Source of the DNA: an uncultured Gammaproteobacteria bacterium
GTDB lineage: Bacteria > Pseudomonadota > Gammaproteobacteria > JAURND01
NCBI GenBank assembly: GCA_963714975.1
Contig: CAVQQD010000002.1
Location: forward strand, 352,001-416,000
Direction of reading: 5' to 3'
Length of the DNA: 64,000 nucleotides
Part shown: in pieces, positions 1 to 9,527 of the stretch
Position numbering within the stretch: the first letter of the stretch is position 1
Layout: the number at the start of each line of letters is the position of its first letter
Notes under the pieces: model-generated
The model's input: only the letters and a program-made list of their open reading frames with translations
The model's database searches: none
What the model was told of the DNA's origin: nothing
Program-made: the position numbers and the translations under genes

Positions 1-2
1 GC

Positions 3-284
3 GCGAGTCACAAGTAAAAAGAGCTCATGGTTATTTAAAAGCTCATAACATTGTCTTACAGGATATGGCTTAAAATTTTGCGAAATTACTGCTTGCGCTT
101 CAAGTTCAGCGGTGAAGCAGTGAATTCCTTCATAAATGCCAAGGTATTGTTGATGACTAATTTTGATGGCCAGAGAATTAGGATTGATTATTCGAGGAAT
201 CCCATGAGGGGTAGCATCGCTTTGCAATAAAATATTTTCATCCTGAAAAATAAACCAAAGAGCAGATTCTGTGAATTGGTTCAT
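3..284 (-). CDS. Probable NAD(+) diphosphatase, N-terminal part (runs off the window)
   Basis: Manual translation MNQFTESALWFIFQDENILL...YLGIYEGIHCFTAE...LVTR resembles the NudC N-terminal domain; the Nudix box is outside the window. Confidence 0.55.
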   Translation of the reverse strand, partial: MNQFTESALWFIFQDENILLQSDATPHGIPRIINPNSLAIKISHQQYLGIYEGIHCFTAELEAQAVISQNFKPYPVRQCYELLNNHELFLLVTR

Positions 285-420
285 GAGAGTGTCCTATGTG
301 ATAAATAATCATCTAAATTCATTAAGCAATGTTTATTCAAAAATATTAACTACTTTTGTTCGGACTTCGTACATGGAAAAATTTTAGGCCTTTCCTTCTT
401 CGTGATTTTTTGGAGAGTAG

Positions 421-750
421 CTATGTAAGAGCATTAATCTTGGCAGCACAAATAAAATCGTTTTTTGATAATCCGTTTACAGCATGAGTGGTATAACGTA
501 CTAGACAATCCTTATATCCTAGTTCTAAATCTGGATGATGATTTTCTTGATGGGCGATCCAGGCAATTGCATTAACAAAGGCCATTGTTTCATAGAAATT
601 TTTAAACTCAAAATTACGGAAAATGACTTGCCGTTGTTCGTCAAGTTGCCAACCGATTACTTGCGTAAGTAATTGTTTAGCTTCTGACAAAGTTAACGCA
701 GGGTTTCCGCCTTCGCAGGGCAGACATTTTTTTTTAGCTAGATCTGGCAT
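421..750 (-). CDS. phhB: Pterin-4-alpha-carbinolamine dehydratase
   Basis: CLPCEGG N-terminus, AHQENHHPDL and THAVNGLSKNDFICAAKI motifs. Confidence 0.95.
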   Translation of the reverse strand: MPDLAKKKCLPCEGGNPALTLSEAKQLLTQVIGWQLDEQRQVIFRNFEFKNFYETMAFVNAIAWIAHQENHHPDLELGYKDCLVRYTTHAVNGLSKNDFICAAKINALT

Positions 751-974
751 AAGATTCCTTAGGGATAAGCTGCCGAGTTTTGCTATTATTCATTGACTTT
801 GGATGAAATGCAAATTTTCTTAATGCCGGACCTTAACTCCTTGTGCATCATGGCCAAGGACGGAGATTGGCTAATGCACTTCCTGATACAGGGGGTGGTA
901 ACGATAGTGAATGTTTTATTTTAAGCTAAAACAATGCTATAAAGTGCTATTTAAGGTTCTTATTTCTGATTACT

Positions 975-2237
975 ATGAAAAACATCGTTATCATCGTCGA
1001 CGGCTATTCAACGGGCCGTTATCTCGCAAAAGCATTTTTAAAATATGGCTTGCTGTGCTGGCATATAGAATCTCGGGAAAAAAAGCCTGCCAATTGGAAC
1101 GGTCACTTTGTAGCAGAGGAATATCTTGGACACAGTCAGTGGCAGAATGATTTTTCTCTCATTCAGCAATCTCTACCAGAAAATACGCAAGTGGTAGCAG
1201 TGTTGGCTGGCGCAGAAACTGGTGTAGAACTAGCTGAATTCCTAGCCAATCAGTTTCATGTGGCGGGCAATCCCCCTGCAACCAGTCTGTGTCGACGCAA
1301 TAAAGCAGCTATGGCAAATGCCTTGCGTCAGGCCGGGGTGCGCACTATTGCAGATTGCGTGTTAGAAAATCCGATGCAAGCTTCAAAGTGGCTACAACAA
1401 CAGCATCATTATCCCGTGGTTGTCAAACCCATCGATAGCGTCGGCACGGACGGTTTTCACATTTGTCATGATTCTGCCCAAGCCATGACAGCAGTACAAA
1501 CGCTGTTGGGTCATGTCAATGTGCTTGGAAAAATCAATCACCAAATTCTGCTGCAAGAATATATTCAGGGAACTGAGTATATTGTCAACACCGTTTCCTT
1601 AAATGAGGAACATTTTTTCGTCGATGCCTGGCAATCGGACAAACTGGAAATTAATGGCACTCGTATTTACGATCGTGAAATACTGCTCTCACCACTGGAC
1701 CCGATTGTCAAAGATATACTCCTGCCTTATCTGCGCCAAGCACTCTCAGCCCTGGATGTTCAATACGGACCCTGCCACAGTGAACTGTTCATCGATGACA
1801 AAGGGGTGGTATTGATCGAATCTGGCGCACGGCTACACGGCTCTATTTTTCCCGATGCGGTGCGCTATGCAACGGATTGGTCCCACCTGGATGCCGTTAT
1901 TGAGCTTGTTGCTGATCCCCAACAATTTCGTCTGATCGCACAACAGCATGAAACCATGTCTTACTCAAAATTTGTGTTTTGTGTGGAGCATATTGCGCAT
2001 AAAAGTGGCAGAATATCTGGGCAGGCTATGGCGTTAATCCGGCAATTACCCTCCTGCTTCATAAGCCGATGGGGAGTTGCTGAAAATGAAGAAGTGGTTA
2101 TCACCCGCGACCTTTTTAGCAGCCCGGGAAACACCTACCTGATTCATGATAATTTGGACTGTTTGGAACGGGACTATCAGCGCCTACGTCAAATCGAGCG
2201 CGATTATTTGATCACATCATCGGATAACCATGGTTAA
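975..2237 (+). CDS. ATP-grasp family ligase (L-amino-acid-ligase-like)
   Basis: IVDGYSTG, RRNKAAM, PVVVKP, LLQEYIQGTEY, GPCHSE and LIESGARLHG ATP-grasp motifs. Confidence 0.85.
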   Translation: MKNIVIIVDGYSTGRYLAKAFLKYGLLCWHIESREKKPANWNGHFVAEEYLGHSQWQNDFSLIQQSLPENTQVVAVLAGAETGVELAEFLANQFHVAGNPPATSLCRRNKAAMANALRQAGVRTIADCVLENPMQASKWLQQQHHYPVVVKPIDSVGTDGFHICHDSAQAMTAVQTLLGHVNVLGKINHQILLQEYIQGTEYIVNTVSLNEEHFFVDAWQSDKLEINGTRIYDREILLSPLDPIVKDILLPYLRQALSALDVQYGPCHSELFIDDKGVVLIESGARLHGSIFPDAVRYATDWSHLDAVIELVADPQQFRLIAQQHETMSYSKFVFCVEHIAHKSGRISGQAMALIRQLPSCFISRWGVAENEEVVITRDLFSSPGNTYLIHDNLDCLERDYQRLRQIERDYLITSSDNHG

Positions 2238-3168
2238 TTCCAGAAGAAAAATCGCTTCAGGAACACTTGGCCTAATCTTCCTGATAGCTTATGCTATTTT
2301 TGGCGGAATCAAAGACATTGTCGTTGGCCATCAAGGCGGACGTTACGACGTTTTCATGATGGTGTTTGTGGTATTCGGAATAACCACGCTGTTCTTTCAA
2401 ATACTATGGCACTCCAAACGGCAAACCACACCGGGGTTACGCCAATTGGCTCTCATTCCCGGCGCGCAGCGCGATTTGGTCTTACTCAATGTGGCCACCA
2501 TGATTGCCTGGCTTGGAACTTACAAAGGATTGGTTTTGCTTGAGCCTGCATTGGCCGTAGCATTATGGAGTGGCTTCGTGCCTATCTTGATGGCTACCGG
2601 GGACTGGTTGTTACGTGGAAGGCCACCCACTCCCGTGGATTGGGGCATAGGTGCCGGGACCATGGCAGTTAGCCTTGGCATCATGTGGCTCAGCCTAAGT
2701 GGATACAGCGCAAGGCCAGCACATGATGCGATGCTAGGCATTGCTATTTGCTTATTTTCTGCTTTGGGTATTACGTTCGTTAGCCTGTTCGCCAAACGGC
2801 TATATGATCATGGCTGCAGCGCCGTGTTCATCATGGGGAACCGGTTTTATGTATTACTCATCGTCGCATTGCTGCTGCAAGAGGATCCTACCCGTCTGAT
2901 CTCCTTTATCGCCAATGAGTGGCATTGGCTTGTACCGTTGACCGGTATTGGCGTTATTCTAAGCTTGTACTTACTGCAGGAAGGGACACGACTGTGCCAA
3001 CCGATTACTGTTGGCTTTATCGTTGCCATTTCCCCATCGGCAACTTTGTTGGCACAAGGTTTCGACCCAGAAATCCACATGCGGGCATCGTCGATTGTGG
3101 CTAATCTTCTGGTGGTTGCCATTAGCTGCATTGGCTTGTTGTGGCACTGGAAAAGGGATCTGCTGTAG
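2230..3168 (+). CDS. DMT/EamA-like membrane transporter
   Basis: 312 aa with about 10 hydrophobic helices; overlaps the ATP-grasp stop by 8 nt. Confidence 0.7.
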   Translation: MVNSRRKIASGTLGLIFLIAYAIFGGIKDIVVGHQGGRYDVFMMVFVVFGITTLFFQILWHSKRQTTPGLRQLALIPGAQRDLVLLNVATMIAWLGTYKGLVLLEPALAVALWSGFVPILMATGDWLLRGRPPTPVDWGIGAGTMAVSLGIMWLSLSGYSARPAHDAMLGIAICLFSALGITFVSLFAKRLYDHGCSAVFIMGNRFYVLLIVALLLQEDPTRLISFIANEWHWLVPLTGIGVILSLYLLQEGTRLCQPITVGFIVAISPSATLLAQGFDPEIHMRASSIVANLLVVAISCIGLLWHWKRDLL

Positions 3169-3278
3169 TGATTTGTTCTCTAAGTTCCTGTAAAAAATTT
3201 GTGCTACCCTAGCCTAGGTTTGTAGGGTATAGAAAACGAGGGTGTCTGGAGTAAATTACTTAAATAAAAGGAGGATTT

Positions 3279-5051
3279 ATGGCAGTTCAATCGCTGGAAT
3301 TTAAATATCGGGAACAACAATCTCAAGCTTTAAAATCACAAACCACTTATGCTTTCCTGAAGCAAGCAGTAGACCAATTTGGTGATCAAGAAGCATTAAT
3401 TTTTCTACCTCCCGGCAATCTCTTGGGAGACCCCATTGTTTGGACTTATCGAAAATTATTGGCACAAGTAAATCAAACTGCGAATATGCTTTACAAAATA
3501 GGTGCCAAAGGAAAATCCATTTCCTATATATTGCCTAATACCCCAGAAGCCAGCAGTTTGTTGCTTGCCGCACAGACCATAGGAATTGCTAACCCCATTA
3601 ATCCCGCATTTACGTCTGAACAAATAGCCGATCTCATTGCTACTGCTGGTAGTGAAACTTTAGTGATCTCTGCAGTCCCTACCCCCACATGCAATCTCGA
3701 TGAAGTGCGAAATTGCTTAAAAAAAAGAGGGCATACGCTAAAAAATATTCTAATCATTGGAGGAAAAGAACAGCCTGAAGAAGGCATTTATAATTATGAG
3801 AAACTCTTGCGGCAAGCGCCCAATGATCAATTATTATTTCCACCAGAATGTAACCCCCATGCTCCGTGCATTAGGATCCATACCAGCGGTTCCACCGGTG
3901 AGCCAAAGCTGGTTGAACATACTCATGCAGCATTACTTGAAAAAGTAACTCGCGTACAAGAAAATTTTTTTCATCCAGGTACTGCTTTCCCTAATGGCTT
4001 TCCTTCATTTCATGTTGGTGGTATTGCAATATTAATGGCTGCATTAAGAGGGGGAACTAAAACGGTCATGCTGAGCCCTAGAGGATGGATGGATCCCGAT
4101 GTGGTCGCTAATTTTTGGAAAATTGCTGCTAAGTATGAGGCAGATTTTTTAATGACATTTCCCAATGTATTTAATTTTATTGCTCAAACACCCGTAGATA
4201 AAAACCTTGAATTGAAATTAACTAGGGCATTGATTTGTCGCTCTTCTGGTATATCCCAAGAAGGAGTGTGCAAATTCACCAAAGAAACCGGCATTGATAA
4301 ATTTGGCTGTTTGTATGGTAGTACCGAAAACATTATTGGCACAGTCAAATCACCAGGACTATTGAATGATTATGATATGGGTAAGGCTTTGACCGATCAG
4401 ACTACAACCGTGATGAAATTTGATAGTAAGGGAAATTGCTTAGGTTTTTGTATGCCGGGAGAAGTAGGTATTTTGTGTGAAAAACGTGAGGGTACCCGCT
4501 ACGTCAAAGAAGAATTAAATCAACAAGCTCGTACTAAAGCCCCTGATGGTAGCATTTGGTACAAAACAGATGATTGGGTAAAACAAAATAAAGATGGTTC
4601 CTTTAGTTTTGTGGGTCGGGAAGAGGACATGATTCGACACCAGGGTCAACTATTTTCGCTAACTCTGCTCGAACAAACAGCAATTCAACATCCTTTCATC
4701 AAGGAAGTTACAGCATTTTCAGTTTCTGCAAAAAATAGTCTCGATCAAAAATCCGTGCTTTGTGTGGTTTTGCAACCTAAAATAAATGCTGAAAGTGCTC
4801 TAAAAGAAATTTCCACTTGGTTAAAAGAAAAATTACCGAAGGGCTTGATTCCCAATGACGACGATATTTTTTCTTTTGTAGAGTTGCCTAAAATTGGTTC
4901 AGGTAAATACCTGAAATATAAATTAAGAGACAAATATCAACTAGGTCAAGCCAAGGATGCAATAGGGCTGTTTAAAATCCCAAAAGTGTCATCTTTCAAA
5001 CCTGACGAGAGTCGATTAAATAGCAACTTAGTTGCCGTTTCTAAATTATAG
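3279..5051 (+). CDS. AMP-binding enzyme / acyl-CoA synthetase family
   Basis: HTSGSTGEPK P-loop, YGSTE, FVGR and LPKIGSGK; RBS AGGAGG upstream. Confidence 0.85.
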   Translation: MAVQSLEFKYREQQSQALKSQTTYAFLKQAVDQFGDQEALIFLPPGNLLGDPIVWTYRKLLAQVNQTANMLYKIGAKGKSISYILPNTPEASSLLLAAQTIGIANPINPAFTSEQIADLIATAGSETLVISAVPTPTCNLDEVRNCLKKRGHTLKNILIIGGKEQPEEGIYNYEKLLRQAPNDQLLFPPECNPHAPCIRIHTSGSTGEPKLVEHTHAALLEKVTRVQENFFHPGTAFPNGFPSFHVGGIAILMAALRGGTKTVMLSPRGWMDPDVVANFWKIAAKYEADFLMTFPNVFNFIAQTPVDKNLELKLTRALICRSSGISQEGVCKFTKETGIDKFGCLYGSTENIIGTVKSPGLLNDYDMGKALTDQTTTVMKFDSKGNCLGFCMPGEVGILCEKREGTRYVKEELNQQARTKAPDGSIWYKTDDWVKQNKDGSFSFVGREEDMIRHQGQLFSLTLLEQTAIQHPFIKEVTAFSVSAKNSLDQKSVLCVVLQPKINAESALKEISTWLKEKLPKGLIPNDDDIFSFVELPKIGSGKYLKYKLRDKYQLGQAKDAIGLFKIPKVSSFKPDESRLNSNLVAVSKL

Positions 5052-5064
5052 TTAGGACTGAACC

Positions 5065-5098
5065 TCAACCCTGGAAATTTTTCCGGGGTGATGGCCAT
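5065..5098. repeat. 34-bp hairpin-containing direct repeat, copy 1 (possible bidirectional terminator)
   Basis: tcaaccctggaaatttttccggggtgatggccat; one mismatch to 10773-10806; lies between convergent genes. Confidence 0.7.
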
Positions 5099-5111
5099 TA
5101 ACCGTGGTAGG

Positions 5112-5801
5112 TTATGTTGCTCTTAATTTATTTAAACTCATTATTTGAGTGCCATACTCATCAAAATTTTGAGGGGATAACCAGTGCTCGAATTTATATT
5201 TTAAATCAGGCCATTCGCTATCTATGATTGAATACCAAGCAGTATTTCGGTTTCTACCTTTAACGACATAATGTTGGCGAAATATCCCTTCAAAGGTAAA
5301 TCCCAGCCTTTCAGCGGCTTTTCTTGATCCTGAGTTTAACGCATTACACCGCCACTGATAGCGTCTGTACCCAAGCGCTTCAAAAGCTTCCTTCATCATT
5401 AGATACATGGCTTCAGTACCTGCCGCAGTTTTCTGTAACGATTTAGAATATATTATCGATCCGACTTCAATAACACCGTGATCAGTGTCAATATCGTGAA
5501 AACTTGCGATGCCTTGAAATGTATTACTCTTAAGCTCTCGTATCGTAAAGTACAATTTTCTCAAACTTGCACTTTGTAGCCACAGTCGGAAGGAGTCATA
5601 AGTTTCAAATGGTCCAAATGGCAAATACGTATAGAGTTCATCATGATCCCTAAAAGCATTAAATAATGGTTCTGCATGTTGGTTAATGTTTAATGGAAGT
5701 AGCGTGCAGAAATTACCTTTGATCTCTCTAAGAATTGGCATTTTTCTAGGTTGCCAATCTTTCACTAAATCTCCAATAATTTGACCAAATTGATTTTTCA
5801 T
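5112..5801 (-). CDS. RimJ/RimL-type GNAT N-acetyltransferase
   Basis: LGYRRYQWRCNALN, AERLGFTFEGIFRQH, GRNRNTAWYSIID. Confidence 0.92.
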   Translation of the reverse strand: MKNQFGQIIGDLVKDWQPRKMPILREIKGNFCTLLPLNINQHAEPLFNAFRDHDELYTYLPFGPFETYDSFRLWLQSASLRKLYFTIRELKSNTFQGIASFHDIDTDHGVIEVGSIIYSKSLQKTAAGTEAMYLMMKEAFEALGYRRYQWRCNALNSGSRKAAERLGFTFEGIFRQHYVVKGRNRNTAWYSIIDSEWPDLKYKFEHWLSPQNFDEYGTQIMSLNKLRAT

Positions 5802-5807
5802 GAATAA

Positions 5808-6086
5808 TCACCAGAAGTTTTTAAATGCGAGATCAAGGTCCTTAGTGACTTGTCGCAAGGTTTGGGAAGGCGATTGTTGCAGGTAGGGCATTTCTTTTTT
5901 CCATACTAACAACCAGTGATTCATACCAAAGCTATGGGTAAACGGTTTGTTTTCGGCATAGAGTTCTTGTTGACGCGCTAATGCTAAATTCCAAACCTTA
6001 CGTGCATTACCCGAAAACTGACTCATCGCGCGTTTTTGCGCACCATTCGGCTCAATACGGAATTTAAATGCTTGCTGGATTTTCAT
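5808..6086 (-). pseudogene. tnpB: Truncated TnpB (IS200/IS605 OrfB), N-terminus only
   Basis: QAFKFRIEPNGAQ...GNARKVWNLAL...PSQTLRQVTKDLDLAFKNF; the RuvC half is absent. Confidence 0.85.
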
Positions 6087-6107
6087 GCGGCTATTATATT
6101 CTGGTCT

Positions 6108-6250
6108 ATGCCAAACTCAATACAGTAAAGAGCGAATCCAAAACGGGTAGACACTACAGTACATTGAGCAGCAACCAAAACCCAAATAATCGAAGGAGTG
6201 CCTTACATCCCCGCCATGAATGACGGGGTCTTACGGCACGATGGATAAAC
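6108..6250 (+). mobile_element. Internally deleted tnpA and hairpin end of an IS200/IS605 element
   Basis: TnpA-like N-terminal TGRH abuts C-terminal QYIEQQPKPK* (6108-6189), divergent from tnpB; hairpin ccccgccatgaatgacgggg at 6209-6228. Confidence 0.7.
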
Positions 6251-6370
6251 GAGAAATTACGAGAAATGAAGTATTAAGACCATGAATAACCTATTTTGGA
6301 GCTATCCGATGCACATATTTCCCCATGCTTTTGTGGGGTGGGCCACTAGACTTTTTGGTTAAAGCGGATT

Positions 6371-6517
6371 TAAACGTGCCCGATTGCGTGCCCGCGCCCG
6401 TGCCCGATATTTTTTGTCAACTTCTATCAATCATAAGTTATAATGGCGATGTTAATTAAAATGACAAAAAATTCTGATAAGGGATAAGAAGGTCGAGCAC
6501 GCAATCGGGCACGTTTA
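6371..6517. repeat. MITE-like element with perfect 21-bp terminal inverted repeats
   Basis: taaacgtgcccgattgcgtgc (6371-6391) and its reverse complement (6497-6517). Confidence 0.75.
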
Positions 6518-6621
6518 GGCCACAGAGAAGGCTGCTCTGTTATCCAATGAAGTTGTGTGCATCGGATAGATTTTGAGACTTCACGATTATTATTGAAATT
6601 TCTTACAATGGTAAAACAATT

Positions 6622-8397
6622 ATGCAAGATACGATTCAAATTACAGCAGCCACGTTATCAGATCATCCTCTCATCCAAAATATGGCGAGATTTTATGTGT
6701 ATGATATGTCGAGGCAATGTGGATTTCAATCCAAAGATTGGTCAATGCCCGAAAATGGTTTGTATCAATTTCTTCCTGATTTAAAGGCTTACTTTGAAGA
6801 TGATTCACGTCGCGCCTATCTAGTTCGAGTCAATAATGAATTAGGTGGATTTGTATTACTGAATCAAATGGTGATGGATAATAATAGTAACTGGAATATG
6901 GGTGAATTTTTTATTTTAGCTAAGTATCAAGGCAAGGGTATTGGTTGTTATGTCGCTCAAGCAATTTGGGATCAACACCCAGGAATCTGGGAAGTGACAG
7001 TGATCCCAGAAAATCAATCTGCATTAGCATTTTGGCATAAGGCCATTGGGCGTTACACGCAGCAACATTATCAATTTGAAACCAAATTGGCTCGACCTGG
7101 TCGAGATCAGCCTTATCGTGTTATTTTTACTTTTGAAACGCGATTAAAAGGTCAAGAACTACCGAAATCGAAACTGTCAACTGCTTTAGATTATGTCATT
7201 AATTATCATCCGAGAGCTCAAGACGATGCTGTCATCCGTGATGAAATCATCGAGTTCAATAAGCAAATACTTAAGGAAACTGCTAAACACTGGAGTATTT
7301 ATGTCAAAAATAAGCAGCAACTGATTATTGGTGGAGCGCTAATTTGGGAATACAGCAATGCGCTTTATATTGATGTACTTTGGGTCAACGATGCTTATCG
7401 GGGACAAGGGATTGGCCGAGAAATCCTGAAAAAGATTGAAAATAACGTCAAAAATAAAGGCTTAGCCAAACTCTATGTGGACACTTATTCTTTTCAAGCA
7501 GAAGAGTTTTATGAAAAGCAAGGCTTCTATCACATTGCCAGAATTGATGATTATTTGCTGGGGTTTGATCGATATTTTATGCGTAAGGATATGCAAGCTA
7601 TAACACCGTATCAAGACATTAACGAATCCTTATTATTTATTTCAAGTCGTCTACAGAAGATCCTAAGTGAAAAGCTTATCGGCTTGTACCTGTTTGGCTC
7701 TTTGAGTTATGGTGACTTTAATCCAAATAGTAGTGACATTGATCTCATTGTGATTATTCAACAACCTCTTAACCACACTGAACTTAAATCAGTAAAACAA
7801 TTGCATAGACAATTTAAGAAACGCAACTCCAAGTGGAGAGACAGAACAGAATGTTCTTATACACCAATTGAAATGTTTAAAAACAATTTGCCTCCCAAAG
7901 AACCTAGGCCATACTGCGGTGGGGGTATTTTTTACGATGCAGCACCTTATGGAAATGAGTGGATCATCAATAATTATTTGTTATATCAACATGGGATATC
8001 GTTGATAGGCCCTGATATTAAAAAATTAATTCATCCCATTGAAATAGTTGCAGTCCAAAAAGCATGTATCCGAGATTTGTTTCAAGAATGGGAAGTAAAG
8101 ATAGATGACTTTGAATGGCTAGATAATAGTCATTATCAATCTTATTTGATTATGAATTTATGCCGTATTTTGTATACTGTTTTTTGTGGAATTGCTGGTA
8201 CAAAAAAGGAGGCTGCTGATTGGGTAAAAAATGAATTTGGAGAACCATGGCTGAATTTAATTGATGCTGCCCTATGTTGGGAATATGGTAAAGAAATGGT
8301 TTTTAGAAAAGAGGCCAATGATTTTATCAAATTTGCTATATATAAAATTAAGCAGAATAAATTATACTCTCTTACTTATACAAATAATTCCTACTAG
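6622..8397 (+). CDS. Fusion of two GNAT domains and an aminoglycoside nucleotidyltransferase-like (DUF4111) domain
   Basis: Two acetyl-CoA motifs (KYQGKGIG, YRGQGIG), then GLYLFGSLSYGDF...SDIDL and LCRILYT...KKEAADW. Confidence 0.8.
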   Translation: MQDTIQITAATLSDHPLIQNMARFYVYDMSRQCGFQSKDWSMPENGLYQFLPDLKAYFEDDSRRAYLVRVNNELGGFVLLNQMVMDNNSNWNMGEFFILAKYQGKGIGCYVAQAIWDQHPGIWEVTVIPENQSALAFWHKAIGRYTQQHYQFETKLARPGRDQPYRVIFTFETRLKGQELPKSKLSTALDYVINYHPRAQDDAVIRDEIIEFNKQILKETAKHWSIYVKNKQQLIIGGALIWEYSNALYIDVLWVNDAYRGQGIGREILKKIENNVKNKGLAKLYVDTYSFQAEEFYEKQGFYHIARIDDYLLGFDRYFMRKDMQAITPYQDINESLLFISSRLQKILSEKLIGLYLFGSLSYGDFNPNSSDIDLIVIIQQPLNHTELKSVKQLHRQFKKRNSKWRDRTECSYTPIEMFKNNLPPKEPRPYCGGGIFYDAAPYGNEWIINNYLLYQHGISLIGPDIKKLIHPIEIVAVQKACIRDLFQEWEVKIDDFEWLDNSHYQSYLIMNLCRILYTVFCGIAGTKKEAADWVKNEFGEPWLNLIDAALCWEYGKEMVFRKEANDFIKFAIYKIKQNKLYSLTYTNNSY

Positions 8398-8422
8398 TCA
8401 AATTTAGATCAAGAGATTGTTT

Positions 8423-8463
8423 ATGAACACTCAATGTGCAGTATTTATCGCTACCAGTCTCGA
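8423..8463 (+). pseudogene. Stub of a dihydrofolate reductase/RibD-C family gene
   Basis: MNTQCAVFIATSL resembles the family N-terminus, then similarity stops. Confidence 0.4.
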
Positions 8464-8513
8464 GGTGTCTGGTGATGCGAGTCGTAAACCCAACATCCAT
8501 TTAGGGAGCTGAA

Positions 8514-9431
8514 TTGCAGGATTTAATAAATGCTCACGATAAAATTTTAATGGAAGGAGCTATTGTTGAGCAGTTGCGTCATGGAACATCTGCTGTTCTA
8601 CATCCAACTTTAATTCATGCCCCACTTATTTATGACCGACAGGGGCGAGGGGACCTTGCTGCCCTGTATCGCGGCTATCTTGAAACGGCGCTAAAAGCTA
8701 ATCTACCTTTTTTAATGTGTAGTCCAACCTGGCGCACCAACTTTGAAAGGGTGTTGAATTCAGGTATCACTACGAATATTAATGTAGATGCTGTGCGTTT
8801 TCTGCAAGACATCAGGAACCAATATCCCCATTTCAGCGACAGGATCAAAATTGGTGGTATGATGGGTTGTAAAGGTGACGCTTATAAGCCTGAAGAAGGA
8901 TTATCTTGTCAGGAGGCAGAAGCTTTTCATTCCTGGCAAATCAGTGAACTGGTCAAAGCGGAGCCCGATTTTATCATAGCTGAAACCTTGCCGGCACTTG
9001 AAGAAGCCAGAGGCATTGCTATTGCAATGGAAAAAACATCTATTCCTGGCATTATCAGCTTTGTCATCAACCGCAAAGGTTGTTTGCTGGATAACACGCC
9101 ACTTGCCGATGTAATTTCAGATATTGATGCGGCAACTCGAAAAAAACCCCTTGGTTATATGGTCAACTGCTCCTGGCCAGCTTTTTTAAACGCGAGAAAT
9201 CAGGATAAAAATATATTTAAAAGATTAATTGGCTTTCTTGCAAATGCATCTTCACTGGATCATTGCGTATTAGATCAGTCCTTGATCCTAGAATTGGATA
9301 GCATAACAGACTGGGCAAATGCCATGCTGGAACTGAATGAAAAACATCGTATAAAAATACTTGGAGGCTGTTGTGGAACCAACTCTGAACATTTGAAATA
9401 TATCGCCTTAAACTATCAAGCTTTAGACTAA
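8514..9431 (+). CDS. Homocysteine S-methyltransferase family protein
   Basis: MVNC and ILGGCCGT zinc ligands. Confidence 0.9.
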   Translation: MQDLINAHDKILMEGAIVEQLRHGTSAVLHPTLIHAPLIYDRQGRGDLAALYRGYLETALKANLPFLMCSPTWRTNFERVLNSGITTNINVDAVRFLQDIRNQYPHFSDRIKIGGMMGCKGDAYKPEEGLSCQEAEAFHSWQISELVKAEPDFIIAETLPALEEARGIAIAMEKTSIPGIISFVINRKGCLLDNTPLADVISDIDAATRKKPLGYMVNCSWPAFLNARNQDKNIFKRLIGFLANASSLDHCVLDQSLILELDSITDWANAMLELNEKHRIKILGGCCGTNSEHLKYIALNYQALD

Positions 9432-9527
9432 TTTTTCACATATAAATAATACATTTTTTTGCTTTGATGGTACAATCTTCATCAATAATGCACGTAAGAA
9501 ACACCTTAAGGTTATGAGAGCATAATT

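Noticed and set aside
5808-6086. Functional TnpB RNA-guided nuclease
   Set aside because: Only 92 N-terminal residues remain; RuvC and the right end are missing
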